A DNA stretch of 27,832 nt from a virus (lineage: Duplodnaviria; Caudoviricetes): IMG/VR virus record IMGVR_UViG_3300022173_000147, positions 1-27,832 of that record, one strand, 5' to 3'. The stretch's first letter is position 1. Each line of letters opens with the position of its first letter. A program made the translations under genes and the position numbers. The notes beneath the pieces were generated by a model that was not told the origin of the DNA, ran no database searches, and saw only the letters and a program-made list of their open reading frames with translations. Shown here in pieces: positions 7,970-16,508 of this stretch.

Positions 7970-9061
7970 ATGAATTACGCAGAAGCCAAGGCGGCGTTTC
8001 ATAACGACATCGCCCGCCTGGCCTCGGCAGGTATTATCCTGCCCGGGGTCGATAGTTACCTGCCCGCAGAGTTTAAGCGAAACTTCGGTCTCGCGATGGA
8101 CGCTGCCGGCACGTTGACGACCACGCCCAACGCGGGGGTTCCCGCGATGCTGACCACCATGATCGATCCGACGATCATCGAAATCTTGTTCGCCCCCAAC
8201 AAGGCGGCCGAGATCATCGGTGAAAATCAGAAGGGATCCTGGCTCGACGATACGATCATGTTCCCGGTCGTCGAACACACCGGCGAAGTGTCGTCGTACG
8301 GCGACTTCTCCGAGAACGGTCACTCGGGCGCCAACACCAACTGGCCGAACCGCCAGTCGTATCTGTTCCAGGTGGTGAAGGAGTACGGCGAGCGTGAGCT
8401 CGAGCGTGCTGGTCTTGCGAAACTCAACTGGGTTAGCGAGATCGACAAGGCGGCAGCCACTGTGCTCAACAAGTTCCAGAACCTCACCTACTTCTTCGGT
8501 GTCGCTGGTCTGTTGAACTACGGTCTGCTCAATGACCCGAACCTGCCGGCCTCGATCACTCCCGGCACCAAGGCAACGAACACTCCGTTCTGGATCAACG
8601 CCCAGGGCGCTGTGACTGCCACAGCCAACGAGATCTACGCTGACATTCAGTCGATCTTCGCGAACCTGGTGCAGCACTCGGGTGGTCTCATCGAGGCGTC
8701 GGACAAGCTCGTGCTTGCGATGTCGCCTCCTGTCTCGGTCGCTCTGACCGCGACGAACTCCTTCAACGTCAATGTCTACGATCTGTTGAAGAAGAACTTC
8801 CCGAACATCCGCTTCGAAACGGCTGTTCAGTACGGGCAGCTGTCGGCGACCAACCCCCAGGGTATCGCTGCCGGCAATCTGGTACAGATGATCTGTGAGA
8901 GCGTGGAAGGCCAGGATACCGGCTTCGCTGCGTACAACGAGAAGATGCGTGCTCACGCGATTGTCAAGGCGATGTCTTCCTTCAAACAGAAGGTGTCCGC
9001 TGGTACGTGGGGAACGGTGATCCGCCAACCGTTCGCTATCGCGTCGATGCTCGGCGTCTAA
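7970..9061 (+). CDS. Major capsid protein (DUF2184-like)
   Basis: LAMDA, IDP..IEILFAP, KGSW, SSYGDFS, RQSY and YGLLNDPNL motifs; 363 aa; strong codon bias; GGGAG RBS. Confidence 0.9.
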   Translation: MNYAEAKAAFHNDIARLASAGIILPGVDSYLPAEFKRNFGLAMDAAGTLTTTPNAGVPAMLTTMIDPTIIEILFAPNKAAEIIGENQKGSWLDDTIMFPVVEHTGEVSSYGDFSENGHSGANTNWPNRQSYLFQVVKEYGERELERAGLAKLNWVSEIDKAAATVLNKFQNLTYFFGVAGLLNYGLLNDPNLPASITPGTKATNTPFWINAQGAVTATANEIYADIQSIFANLVQHSGGLIEASDKLVLAMSPPVSVALTATNSFNVNVYDLLKKNFPNIRFETAVQYGQLSATNPQGIAAGNLVQMICESVEGQDTGFAAYNEKMRAHAIVKAMSSFKQKVSAGTWGTVIRQPFAIASMLGV

Positions 9062-9073
9062 GGAAATCGGATC

Positions 9074-9295
9074 ATGTCGGAATTCACTTCAGTCAATTGC
9101 AAGATACCGAACGGCGTTGTCCTTCGTACCTTCGAGAAATCAGAAGGACCATTCGGCGTCATCAGCTACCTTCCCAAGGAGTCGGTGACGCTCAACGGCG
9201 GGGTAAACAAGGTCGACCGGAAATTCTTCGCAGCTTGGCTGAAGTCGAATTCCGACCTTGATATCGTCAAGAACAACTTCATCGAGGAGATTTGA
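9074..9295 (+). CDS. Phage hypothetical protein, short paralog of the next gene
   Basis: CKIPNG...LNG...W..N.DL..V.N..I is shared with 9299..9913; AAGGA RBS. Confidence 0.7.
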   Translation: MSEFTSVNCKIPNGVVLRTFEKSEGPFGVISYLPKESVTLNGGVNKVDRKFFAAWLKSNSDLDIVKNNFIEEI

Positions 9296-9298
9296 AAG

Positions 9299-9913
9299 AT
9301 GGCTACCGCTGCTGAACGTCGCGCTGCTCGCGCAAAGCTCAAGAACAACGCCACAGCTGACGAGGCTGTGCCGCTCACCACCCTTGCGACCGAAGATGCG
9401 GCTCCCGCACCGAAGCGCTCGCGCGATGTCGTGACTGTGGGATGCAAAATCCCCAACGGACTGACGCTCAAGCTCTACGTCCTCGAGGACGGCTTCGAGC
9501 CCGTGTTCGGTGGAGGCTCGCGTCCAGTCAAGATCGCGCGTCAGGTGGGTGACCCCATCCAGATCAACGGCTCGGCTCGTGCGCCCGGCAGTGACCCAGA
9601 CGCCAAGCGCGTCATCGGTGGTTACGGCCTGACGAACAACGTTCCGAAGGAAGCATTCGAGCAATGGATGCGTGACAACAAGGACCTGACGATGGTTCGC
9701 AACGGCCTCATCTTCGCGCATGAGAGTCCGGACCGTGTCGCCGATCAGGCGAAGGATCACCGAGCCGTCCGATCAGGTCTCGAGGCGTTGAACACCGACG
9801 GCCGCAAGGCTGACGGTTCTTACATTGATCCGCGTATGCCGCGCAATGTCAAGAAGTTCAAGGCCGACGACGACTCGACCGATATCAGCGGCTCCGGCTT
9901 CAAGGCGGCGTAA
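9299..9913 (+). CDS. Conserved post-capsid phage protein of unknown function
   Basis: VTVGCKIPNGL...GGYGLT.NVPKEAFEQW...NGLIFA motif; GAGGAG upstream. Confidence 0.7.
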   Translation: MATAAERRAARAKLKNNATADEAVPLTTLATEDAAPAPKRSRDVVTVGCKIPNGLTLKLYVLEDGFEPVFGGGSRPVKIARQVGDPIQINGSARAPGSDPDAKRVIGGYGLTNNVPKEAFEQWMRDNKDLTMVRNGLIFAHESPDRVADQAKDHRAVRSGLEALNTDGRKADGSYIDPRMPRNVKKFKADDDSTDISGSGFKAA

Positions 9914-9918
9914 CGAAC

Positions 9919-10386
9919 ATGGGCGTCATTGTATCATTCGACTACAATCTCTGGGCAACTCGATACCCGGAGTTTGCTACGGCCTGTGGTCCCTCTGGCG
10001 CCCCGTTCATCTCTCCGGCGTTGGCGCAGCTGTACTTCGACGAAGCGACGATGTATCAGGCTAACAACGGTGCGGGCCCGGTGTGTGACTCAGCAACGCA
10101 GCTCAGGTTGCTGAACATGCTCACCGCGCATATTGCCGCATTGAACATGTCCGGGTCTTCGCCGCTCGTCGGACGTATCAGCAACGCCAGTGAAGGCAGT
10201 GTGTCTGTGGGATCAGACAATCAGTACCCGCCGGGCACGCCCCAGTGGTATCAACAGACGAAGTACGGCGCCGCCTGGTGGGCGGCGACCGCACAGTATC
10301 GCACGATGCGTTACACGCCTGGTCCCGTGATGGGCGTTCCCGCAAATCAGGCGGGATGGTATAACCCGAGCAGACGCTTTCGATGA
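9919..10386 (+). CDS. Head-tail adaptor (DUF4054-like)
   Basis: RYPEF, MLTAHIAAL, GRISNASEGSVSV and QTKYG motifs. Confidence 0.85.
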   Translation: MGVIVSFDYNLWATRYPEFATACGPSGAPFISPALAQLYFDEATMYQANNGAGPVCDSATQLRLLNMLTAHIAALNMSGSSPLVGRISNASEGSVSVGSDNQYPPGTPQWYQQTKYGAAWWAATAQYRTMRYTPGPVMGVPANQAGWYNPSRRFR

Positions 10387-10820
10387 AGGTCAGTGGTGGC
10401 GATAAACTCGAGAAGGCGCTTGCCGAGCTTGCGTCGAAATTGCAGGACGGCAAGACGTTGAGTGTCGGCTTTCTCGAGAACGCCACGTATCCCGATGGTA
10501 CATCTGTCGCCTTCGTCGCTGCAATGAACGAATTCGGTACGAGCAGGATGCCGCCGCGCCCGTTCTTTCGTAACATGATCCAAGACAAGTCACCTGAGTG
10601 GCCTTCAGCGATTGCGGGACTACTCAAGTCGACCGACATGGATGTAGACAAGACGTTGATGCTTGCCGGTGAAGCAATCAAGGGTCAGCTTCAGCAATCG
10701 ATCAACACGCTGACATCTCCTCCTCTTGCGGAGTCTACGATTGATCGCAAGGGTCACAGCAAGCCACTGATCGATACGTCGGTCATGGTCAATTCCGTCG
10801 ACTACGTAGTCAAAAAGTAA
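10383..10820 (+). CDS. Neck / tail-completion protein (HK97 gp10-like)
   Basis: VGFLENATYPDG, NEFGT, PPRPFFR and KPLIDT motifs; ATGA overlap. Confidence 0.75.
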   Translation: MKVSGGDKLEKALAELASKLQDGKTLSVGFLENATYPDGTSVAFVAAMNEFGTSRMPPRPFFRNMIQDKSPEWPSAIAGLLKSTDMDVDKTLMLAGEAIKGQLQQSINTLTSPPLAESTIDRKGHSKPLIDTSVMVNSVDYVVKK

Positions 10821-10834
10821 CCTCAGAGGTCATC

Positions 10835-11347
10835 ATGAAAAAGCTATCACTTGCTCTCGCCTTTCTTATCTCGCTCATCGCTGTTCCCGTGCTCGGGGCC
10901 GGCATCACCAACCTGTGGACGACCAATAACGGCGGCCTCAACTTCCCGATCACGCCGAACTCCATTGACAGCATGGTCGTTGGTGGCGGTACGCCCGCGG
11001 CTGGCACGTTCACCACGCTTCGCTTCAACACCTCGCTCGTATCAGGCGGAGGCCTTCCGACGATTGTTGCGAGTGACTGTGGCACCGGTGCTAACGGTGC
11101 TGTCGTCGCAGGCTCGACGAACCAGTCGGGCTCGATCACCATCGGCGCGACAGCGACCACGACTTGCAAGATCACGTTCTCCGCTGCCCTCGCGGCCGCA
11201 CCGAAGGCTTGTTCCATCACACCGATGAACACGGCTGCTGCTACGACGGCCACCACGCTCGCTCGTGTCGGTGCGCCCACGACGACTGACTTCACCATTA
11301 CGGGGTCCGCGTTGGCCAGTGCGAACTATAACTTCATCTGTCTCTAA
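10835..11347 (+). CDS. Signal-peptide-bearing Thr/Ala/Gly-rich protein
   Basis: MKK followed by a hydrophobic core and VLG-A; four Cys in the mature part; GAGGT RBS. Confidence 0.7.
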   Translation: MKKLSLALAFLISLIAVPVLGAGITNLWTTNNGGLNFPITPNSIDSMVVGGGTPAAGTFTTLRFNTSLVSGGGLPTIVASDCGTGANGAVVAGSTNQSGSITIGATATTTCKITFSAALAAAPKACSITPMNTAAATTATTLARVGAPTTTDFTITGSALASANYNFICL

Positions 11348-11357
11348 GGAGTCAGCA

Positions 11358-11780
11358 ATGAAACGTTTTCTCCTTGCCGTCCTTGCCCTCTTCTGGGCAT
11401 CGACGGCTTTTGCTCAGACGGTATATTCGCCTGACGCCTTTGGTGCCCCTTCCGTCACGATCAGCGCGAATGGCACCACCGCTGCTGTAGTCGCGACGAT
11501 TGCAGCAGTCGCGGGAAAGACCGCATACCTGTGCGGTTTCTCCATTCGATCCAACGCGACTGCGGCGGTAACGGGTGACGCCACCGTAGCGGGTGTCAAG
11601 TCGGGCACGATGACGTTCAAGCAGTTCGTCGCTCCCGTCGCAAGCGGCATCGGTGTCCTCGAGCCCCCGCTCGGGTCTTGTATTCCCGCATCCGGTGCTA
11701 ACATCGCCATCGTCATCACGTCGCTGGCTGCTGGTGCCGCGGGATTGACCTCGGTCAATGCATGGGGGTTCTATCAGTGA
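11358..11780 (+). CDS. Signal-peptide-bearing beta-rich protein
   Basis: AAGGAG RBS before ATG 11358; MKRFLLAVLALFWASTAFA-Q has an AxA cleavage site. Confidence 0.7.
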   Translation: MKRFLLAVLALFWASTAFAQTVYSPDAFGAPSVTISANGTTAAVVATIAAVAGKTAYLCGFSIRSNATAAVTGDATVAGVKSGTMTFKQFVAPVASGIGVLEPPLGSCIPASGANIAIVITSLAAGAAGLTSVNAWGFYQ

Positions 11781-12148
11781 ACCTCCACGGCATTGCTGCT
11801 CCCTACATTGGTGCGGTCAACCCGCTTGTTACGATCAGCATCCAGCGTTCAACGGGTTACACCAAGAACGCTGCGTTCGAGCAGGTGCCGACTTACGCTA
11901 CGGCCGTTGACGTTCTCGCCCAGGTACAGTCCCTTACCGCTGACGATCTTCGTCAAGTCGAGGGGCTGAATATCCAGGGCGAGAAACGCGCCGTCTACAT
12001 CAACGGACGGGTTGACGGCATCATCCGCGAAGATCGCAAGGGCGGTGACCTCATCACCTGGAACGAAATCGTCTGGCTCAATGTTCACGTTCTCGAGTAC
12101 TGGCCTGACTGGTGTAAGTTCGTTATCACAAGGCAGAACACGCCATGA
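11777..12148 (+). CDS. Putative head-closure / head-tail connector protein
   Basis: GTGA overlap start; MNLHGI...IGAVNP, QVQSL, GLNIQG, KGGDL and LEYWPDW motifs. Confidence 0.7.
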   Translation: MNLHGIAAPYIGAVNPLVTISIQRSTGYTKNAAFEQVPTYATAVDVLAQVQSLTADDLRQVEGLNIQGEKRAVYINGRVDGIIREDRKGGDLITWNEIVWLNVHVLEYWPDWCKFVITRQNTP

Positions 12149-12339
12149 CTGAAATGACTGTGGCACCCCCGCGTAAATGGACTGTGATCAGCGCAGTCGT
12201 CATCAAGGCGGATGGTACACGACAAGACCGGGGCGTTATCTCGTTCGCCCATAAAAACCCCATCATCAACTTCATCGGCGCCCCGATTGCCCGCCTCAAC
12301 GGCTGGTTCTGGGAACGCTACTACAGGAGGTTCAATTGA
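12145..12339 (+). CDS. Hypothetical protein (64 aa)
   Basis: ATGA overlap with the previous gene; fills the operon gap. Confidence 0.6.
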   Translation: MTEMTVAPPRKWTVISAVVIKADGTRQDRGVISFAHKNPIINFIGAPIARLNGWFWERYYRRFN

Positions 12340-12722
12340 AGTTCAAACTCGATAGCTCCATCGTCGTGGAGGCACGTAGTCTCGAGGAGGCTATTCAGTC
12401 CTTCTCGTCGCACATCTCCACAGTCGCTCGTCAAGTCGGTAATGGTCGATCGATCACCGAGCTTGGCGCGAAGTTCTCCATTCAAGAAGTCGACGACAAG
12501 ACTAAGGCCGTGGACCTAACCGTCCCGAACCTTGCGCCTGTTGAACCGACGCTTGATCCCGAGTCTCCCGCATACGCCGCTCTGCAAGATCAGAAGGCCG
12601 CGAGGAAACTCGAGGAAGAAGCCGCCGCTACTCGGACTGCCAACGCCGGCAAGACCGATGCAGAAGTTCTCGCCGAATTCTCCGCCAAGGAGCAAGGCAC
12701 TACCGATAAGAAGGGAAATTGA
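12336..12722 (+). CDS. Hypothetical protein (128 aa)
   Basis: AGGAGG RBS before a TTG start that overlaps the previous stop. Confidence 0.7.
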   Translation: MKFKLDSSIVVEARSLEEAIQSFSSHISTVARQVGNGRSITELGAKFSIQEVDDKTKAVDLTVPNLAPVEPTLDPESPAYAALQDQKAARKLEEEAAATRTANAGKTDAEVLAEFSAKEQGTTDKKGN

Positions 12723-12725
12723 GCC

Positions 12726-13109
12726 ATGGTTGCTCGCGTTCAGAATAACGGTCTTGCTCGTATCACCGCAGCGCTGATTGCGTTGTCCTGGTGGCTGCAG
12801 TGGGGCACGGGTACCGGTGCTGCCGCATCGGCCAACGTCGTCACCACAACCTCGACGACGGAAGCTCGCTCATCGGCGACTGCCACGCAGCAGACGACCA
12901 CCGTTACCAGTGACACCATGCGACTCGTCGCGACGATCACCGAACTATCGGCTGGTCCTGTGGCGATTACCGAAGTCGGCGCATTCGATGCTGTGGGAAC
13001 GGGTTCACCCCCGACCGGCGGCAACATGGACATCTATGGCGACTTCTCGGCCATCAACGTGTCCAGCGGTGACTCGATCCAGTTCACCATCAATACCAAA
13101 TTCACTTGA
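12726..13109 (+). CDS. Small virion protein resembling tail-collar/fibre anchoring domains
   Basis: WGTG, TEAR, AITEVGAFDA...GGNM and INVSSGDSIQFT pattern. Confidence 0.55.
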   Translation: MVARVQNNGLARITAALIALSWWLQWGTGTGAAASANVVTTTSTTEARSSATATQQTTTVTSDTMRLVATITELSAGPVAITEVGAFDAVGTGSPPTGGNMDIYGDFSAINVSSGDSIQFTINTKFT

Positions 13110-13122
13110 TCGGATAAAGACA

Positions 13123-13545
13123 ATGGCGACACAGTGGCGACCAGATACTTGTTCCTGCGTTCTGGAGTACAACGACAATCTGCAATTTGTCGCCACTGTG
13201 TCGGTTTGTTCAAAACATGCCGCGCTTGCTAGGTCGTCAGCACACTTTGACGAAGTACTGAAGCACAATCGTCGGAAGAACGAGGTGGTCAGCTCATTAG
13301 TGAAAAACGGTGTTGATGCCGACAAGATTGCGGTTGGCTATAGCCCGAACGCCCCAGTCGATAATGACCCGGTATTAGTATTTGCCGAGGATCCCGCCAT
13401 AGAAGCAAAGGTCAGTCTAGTGTTTGCCGAAATGCCGATCAAAGGGAACGAAGTACGCCCCGTGCTAAAAACCTTTGTGGACTTGGCGACTGAAAAAGTT
13501 CTGCAAGAAACAGTGCCCCTCGATGGTAAGAAAGACGGACTATAA
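13123..13545 (+). CDS. Hypothetical protein with CxC...CxxH motif (140 aa)
   Basis: ATG 13123 follows the stop of the previous gene; WRPDTCSC...VCSKH. Confidence 0.65.
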   Translation: MATQWRPDTCSCVLEYNDNLQFVATVSVCSKHAALARSSAHFDEVLKHNRRKNEVVSSLVKNGVDADKIAVGYSPNAPVDNDPVLVFAEDPAIEAKVSLVFAEMPIKGNEVRPVLKTFVDLATEKVLQETVPLDGKKDGL

Positions 13546-13547
13546 AA

Positions 13548-16151
13548 ATGGGTTCCGCCTGCTTTATGGGATCGGGTCGTAACTCAACGATCACGCTTGG
13601 TCAGTTCCAAGCCCCCATCGGCATTCTGACGAATAACAACCCGACAGAAGCGCAGGCTCTCATCACGGTGCGAGCTGCGGCTGTCGTGGACTACATGGCT
13701 AGTTCGGTCGACGCGAACGGCACGTCTCGCGTCACGATGTTCCGGAAGAACAACGCCGATACCACAGTGTCACCGGCCATCACGAACAGCACAGCGGGGG
13801 TCTATTATGACTCAGCACATAGCGTTAGTCTTGCGGTCAACGATACCTTCGATTACAATCTGAGAGGCACGGCCCCGGCCTTCATCCCGTACACGGTGAT
13901 GATTAAGTATCGAAACACGGGACCAGCCTCCGGCAGTTTCTACGGATATGGCAACACCTCGTTTGTGTCGGGCACGGTACGGTACATGTGTATCGGCAAC
14001 GGCGGCGCATCCGTTGGTGTCGAGTCTCAAGCCGCGATCACGATGCGGACTGGCGGCACCGTGTCATATGGCACTGCTGTGGTGACGGCCGGTGCGGGCG
14101 CGGCGATGACCATCATTTCCCGCAAGAATGGCGCGAACGGGAACATCTCGATCTCGGTCGGCTCTGGCCTGACCGGCCAGTTTGTTGACACCACCCACAC
14201 CGACAGCTTTTCGGCTGGCGATACCTACAATTTCCAGAACACCTGCGCGACCTTCGGAACTGTTCGCTGGCAGGGCAACTGCTATATTGAATTCACCGGC
14301 ACCGATGTCGAACTACCGACGGTCAGTGCGGACTGGACGTTCAATGCCAGCGCGCAATATTGCCCCCTCGTCGCGGGTAACGTCTCGCTGGTCACCACCG
14401 AAAGCTTAGTCGCCGTCAAACTCGGTATCGCGGGCACACTGAGTCGAATGCGTTTCGTCGTGGCGGCGAACGCTCAGACGGGAACCGGGGTCGTGGTGCT
14501 ACGGAAGAACAACGCGACGGCCAATTCGACGGTATCGATTGGTGCTGGCACTACCGGACAATTCGAAGATACGACCAACACTGACTCGTTTGTGGCGACT
14601 GATACGCTCAACTTCATGTTCACCGGCGGAACGGCCAACACGATGAATGGTGGCGGTGGGCTGTTCCTGCTGTCGCGTATCGCCAATGCCCAACCAGTTA
14701 GTCCCGTTTGCACGTCATCTGTGGTGATGACTAAGGCTGTCGCAAAAGGTATCGCCGCGACCTGCGTCTCGGCTATGACCATGCTTCGTAGGACCGCCAA
14801 GAACATCGCCCTGACCTGTGCATCGACGGTCACGGTGGCTAGGGCCAAGAAAACCTTGCAGAGTGTCGCCGCGACCTGTGCCAGCACTGTCACAATGCTT
14901 CGTCAGACAGGAAAGCGAGTTGCAATAACATGTGCCTCAGCCGTTACAATGATAAAAGCGATCACTAAAACAATCGCTTTGACTTGTGTCAGCACGGTTA
15001 CGGTCATCAAGCAACTCGCCAGATCAATCTCCGTTACCTGTGTCTCGACCGTTTCGATGTTAAAGCAGACGGGTAAACTGATCGTCATAACTTGCGCCTC
15101 AACAGTCTCCATCACAAAACTTCGAACGATTTCTCAGTTTATCGCAGTGACCTGTGCCTCGCTGGTTACGATGACGAAGCGAGTTGGCAAGACAATCGCG
15201 ATAACCTGTGTTAGCGCTGTGACGAAGATTAATCAAATATCCAAATCGATTGCGACGACTTGTGCGTCTGTTGTGACCGTGACTAAGAGTAATATTCGAT
15301 CCATTGCTGTGATCTGTGTGTCCGTCGTAACAATGACCCGACAAACACTCAAGCGGATCGCTATTACCTGCGCTAGTTCGGTGACGGTTGCCAGTATGCG
15401 GGTTGGTCTTGTTACAATTACAATTACCTGCGCCAGCGCCGTCACTAAACAATTGAGGACGAATAAGCTGATCAATTTGATTGCCGTCACCTCGGTCACC
15501 GTGACGCGGTCAATGTTTCGGATAATTCTTGTCTCGGTCTCAACAACAGTCCTTCTAACTAAAAACATCGTCAAGGCCATCGCGGCAGTGTGTACGAGCG
15601 CTGTGACCGTATTAAAGGCAAGGATTACCTCAATCTCGGTGTCTTGTGCTAGCGCTGTGACGCAAAGTCGAGTAACAGGTAAATTGGTGGATCTGTCATC
15701 CGCTACTTCGGTTACGATGTCTCGATTACTCGGAATAACCATTGATGTCCTTGCCACCGCCTCAGTGACCGTCAACATGTTCATCAACAAATTCTTATCC
15801 ATTATCTCGGCAACGTCAGTGCACATCACCTTTCAAGCTGAGCTAATTTTTCAGACGATCAACGTTACCTGTACTGCTGCCGTAAATGTAAGCAAGAAAA
15901 TTTTTCAACGGATCAATGTTTACTGTGAGGTGCAAGTGATACGAGTAGGTAAGACAATCTCGAAGACAGTAAACGCTCTGTCGGTGGCTGTCGTTACGAT
16001 TGTTCAACGATACTTCCTGCCGGTGATCAGGACGCCCATCTTTGGTAGGGCAAATTCACCGATGATAGCCCTGGGCGAAGATCGTATCGCACGGATTGGT
16101 GGTCGATCATCGACCGTTCAAATTGACGGCAAAGCGGAGCCGGAGGAATAG
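13548..16151 (+). CDS. Large repeat protein, putative neck/collar fibre (867 aa)
   Basis: Three ~126-aa N-terminal repeats (RKN at 13743, 14121, 14502) followed by ~24 units of an 18-aa repeat. Confidence 0.7.
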   Translation: MGSACFMGSGRNSTITLGQFQAPIGILTNNNPTEAQALITVRAAAVVDYMASSVDANGTSRVTMFRKNNADTTVSPAITNSTAGVYYDSAHSVSLAVNDTFDYNLRGTAPAFIPYTVMIKYRNTGPASGSFYGYGNTSFVSGTVRYMCIGNGGASVGVESQAAITMRTGGTVSYGTAVVTAGAGAAMTIISRKNGANGNISISVGSGLTGQFVDTTHTDSFSAGDTYNFQNTCATFGTVRWQGNCYIEFTGTDVELPTVSADWTFNASAQYCPLVAGNVSLVTTESLVAVKLGIAGTLSRMRFVVAANAQTGTGVVVLRKNNATANSTVSIGAGTTGQFEDTTNTDSFVATDTLNFMFTGGTANTMNGGGGLFLLSRIANAQPVSPVCTSSVVMTKAVAKGIAATCVSAMTMLRRTAKNIALTCASTVTVARAKKTLQSVAATCASTVTMLRQTGKRVAITCASAVTMIKAITKTIALTCVSTVTVIKQLARSISVTCVSTVSMLKQTGKLIVITCASTVSITKLRTISQFIAVTCASLVTMTKRVGKTIAITCVSAVTKINQISKSIATTCASVVTVTKSNIRSIAVICVSVVTMTRQTLKRIAITCASSVTVASMRVGLVTITITCASAVTKQLRTNKLINLIAVTSVTVTRSMFRIILVSVSTTVLLTKNIVKAIAAVCTSAVTVLKARITSISVSCASAVTQSRVTGKLVDLSSATSVTMSRLLGITIDVLATASVTVNMFINKFLSIISATSVHITFQAELIFQTINVTCTAAVNVSKKIFQRINVYCEVQVIRVGKTISKTVNALSVAVVTIVQRYFLPVIRTPIFGRANSPMIALGEDRIARIGGRSSTVQIDGKAEPEE
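14709..16010 (+). repeat. Coding tandem repeat, ~24 x 18 aa (C-[AV]-S-x-V-T-x-x-[KR]-x-x-x-K-x-I-x-x-T)
   Basis: Read from the translation; degenerate at DNA level (e.g. recurring acctgtg/acctgcg). Confidence 0.9.
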
Positions 16152-16508
16152 ATGTCGGCAGAAGCAAATGTTTGTTGGAAGGTTGGCGAAACGTGGCGCA
16201 TCGATGCGACGATGCACGACAGCCTGAATGCCCCCTTGGACTTAACCGGAGCCACCGTTTTCTGGCGACTGACAAATAGTAGAGGCGTTATTCTCCAAAC
16301 GTTGTCCATTGGCAGCGGTATCGTGCTCGTGAACGGAGGTATTGATGGTGAATGCATCATTACGACGACGCCAGCAATGCAGTCATCAATGGGCATTGTA
16401 CCGGGAGTCTACCCGCATGAAGCTCAGGTGATTTTGCCCGATGGCACCTACACTGATCAATTCGCCGGTTTTATTCAAGCCTCGTCTTCGCTGTTCCCGC
16501 TGCCATGA
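16152..16508 (+). CDS. BppU-N-like Ig-fold adaptor protein
   Basis: GETW...PLDLTGATV...G.Y.HEAQV...DG pattern; GGAGG RBS. Confidence 0.6.
   Translation: MSAEANVCWKVGETWRIDATMHDSLNAPLDLTGATVFWRLTNSRGVILQTLSIGSGIVLVNGGIDGECIITTTPAMQSSMGIVPGVYPHEAQVILPDGTYTDQFAGFIQASSSLFPLP

Noticed and set aside
6959-9028. 689-aa minus-strand ORF
   Set aside because: It lies antisense to the decoration and capsid genes and has no recognisable motifs. It is explained by strong codon bias suppressing antisense stops.
9055-9080. Rho-independent terminator after the capsid gene
   Set aside because: There are only 12 nt between the genes, containing an RBS; no hairpin or U-tract was seen.
14709-16010. CRISPR array or DGR template/variable repeat
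   Set aside because: The repeats are degenerate, in-frame and protein-level. There are no identical DNA repeats with spacers, no adenine-specific repeat pair was noticed, and no reverse transcriptase or cas gene is in the window.
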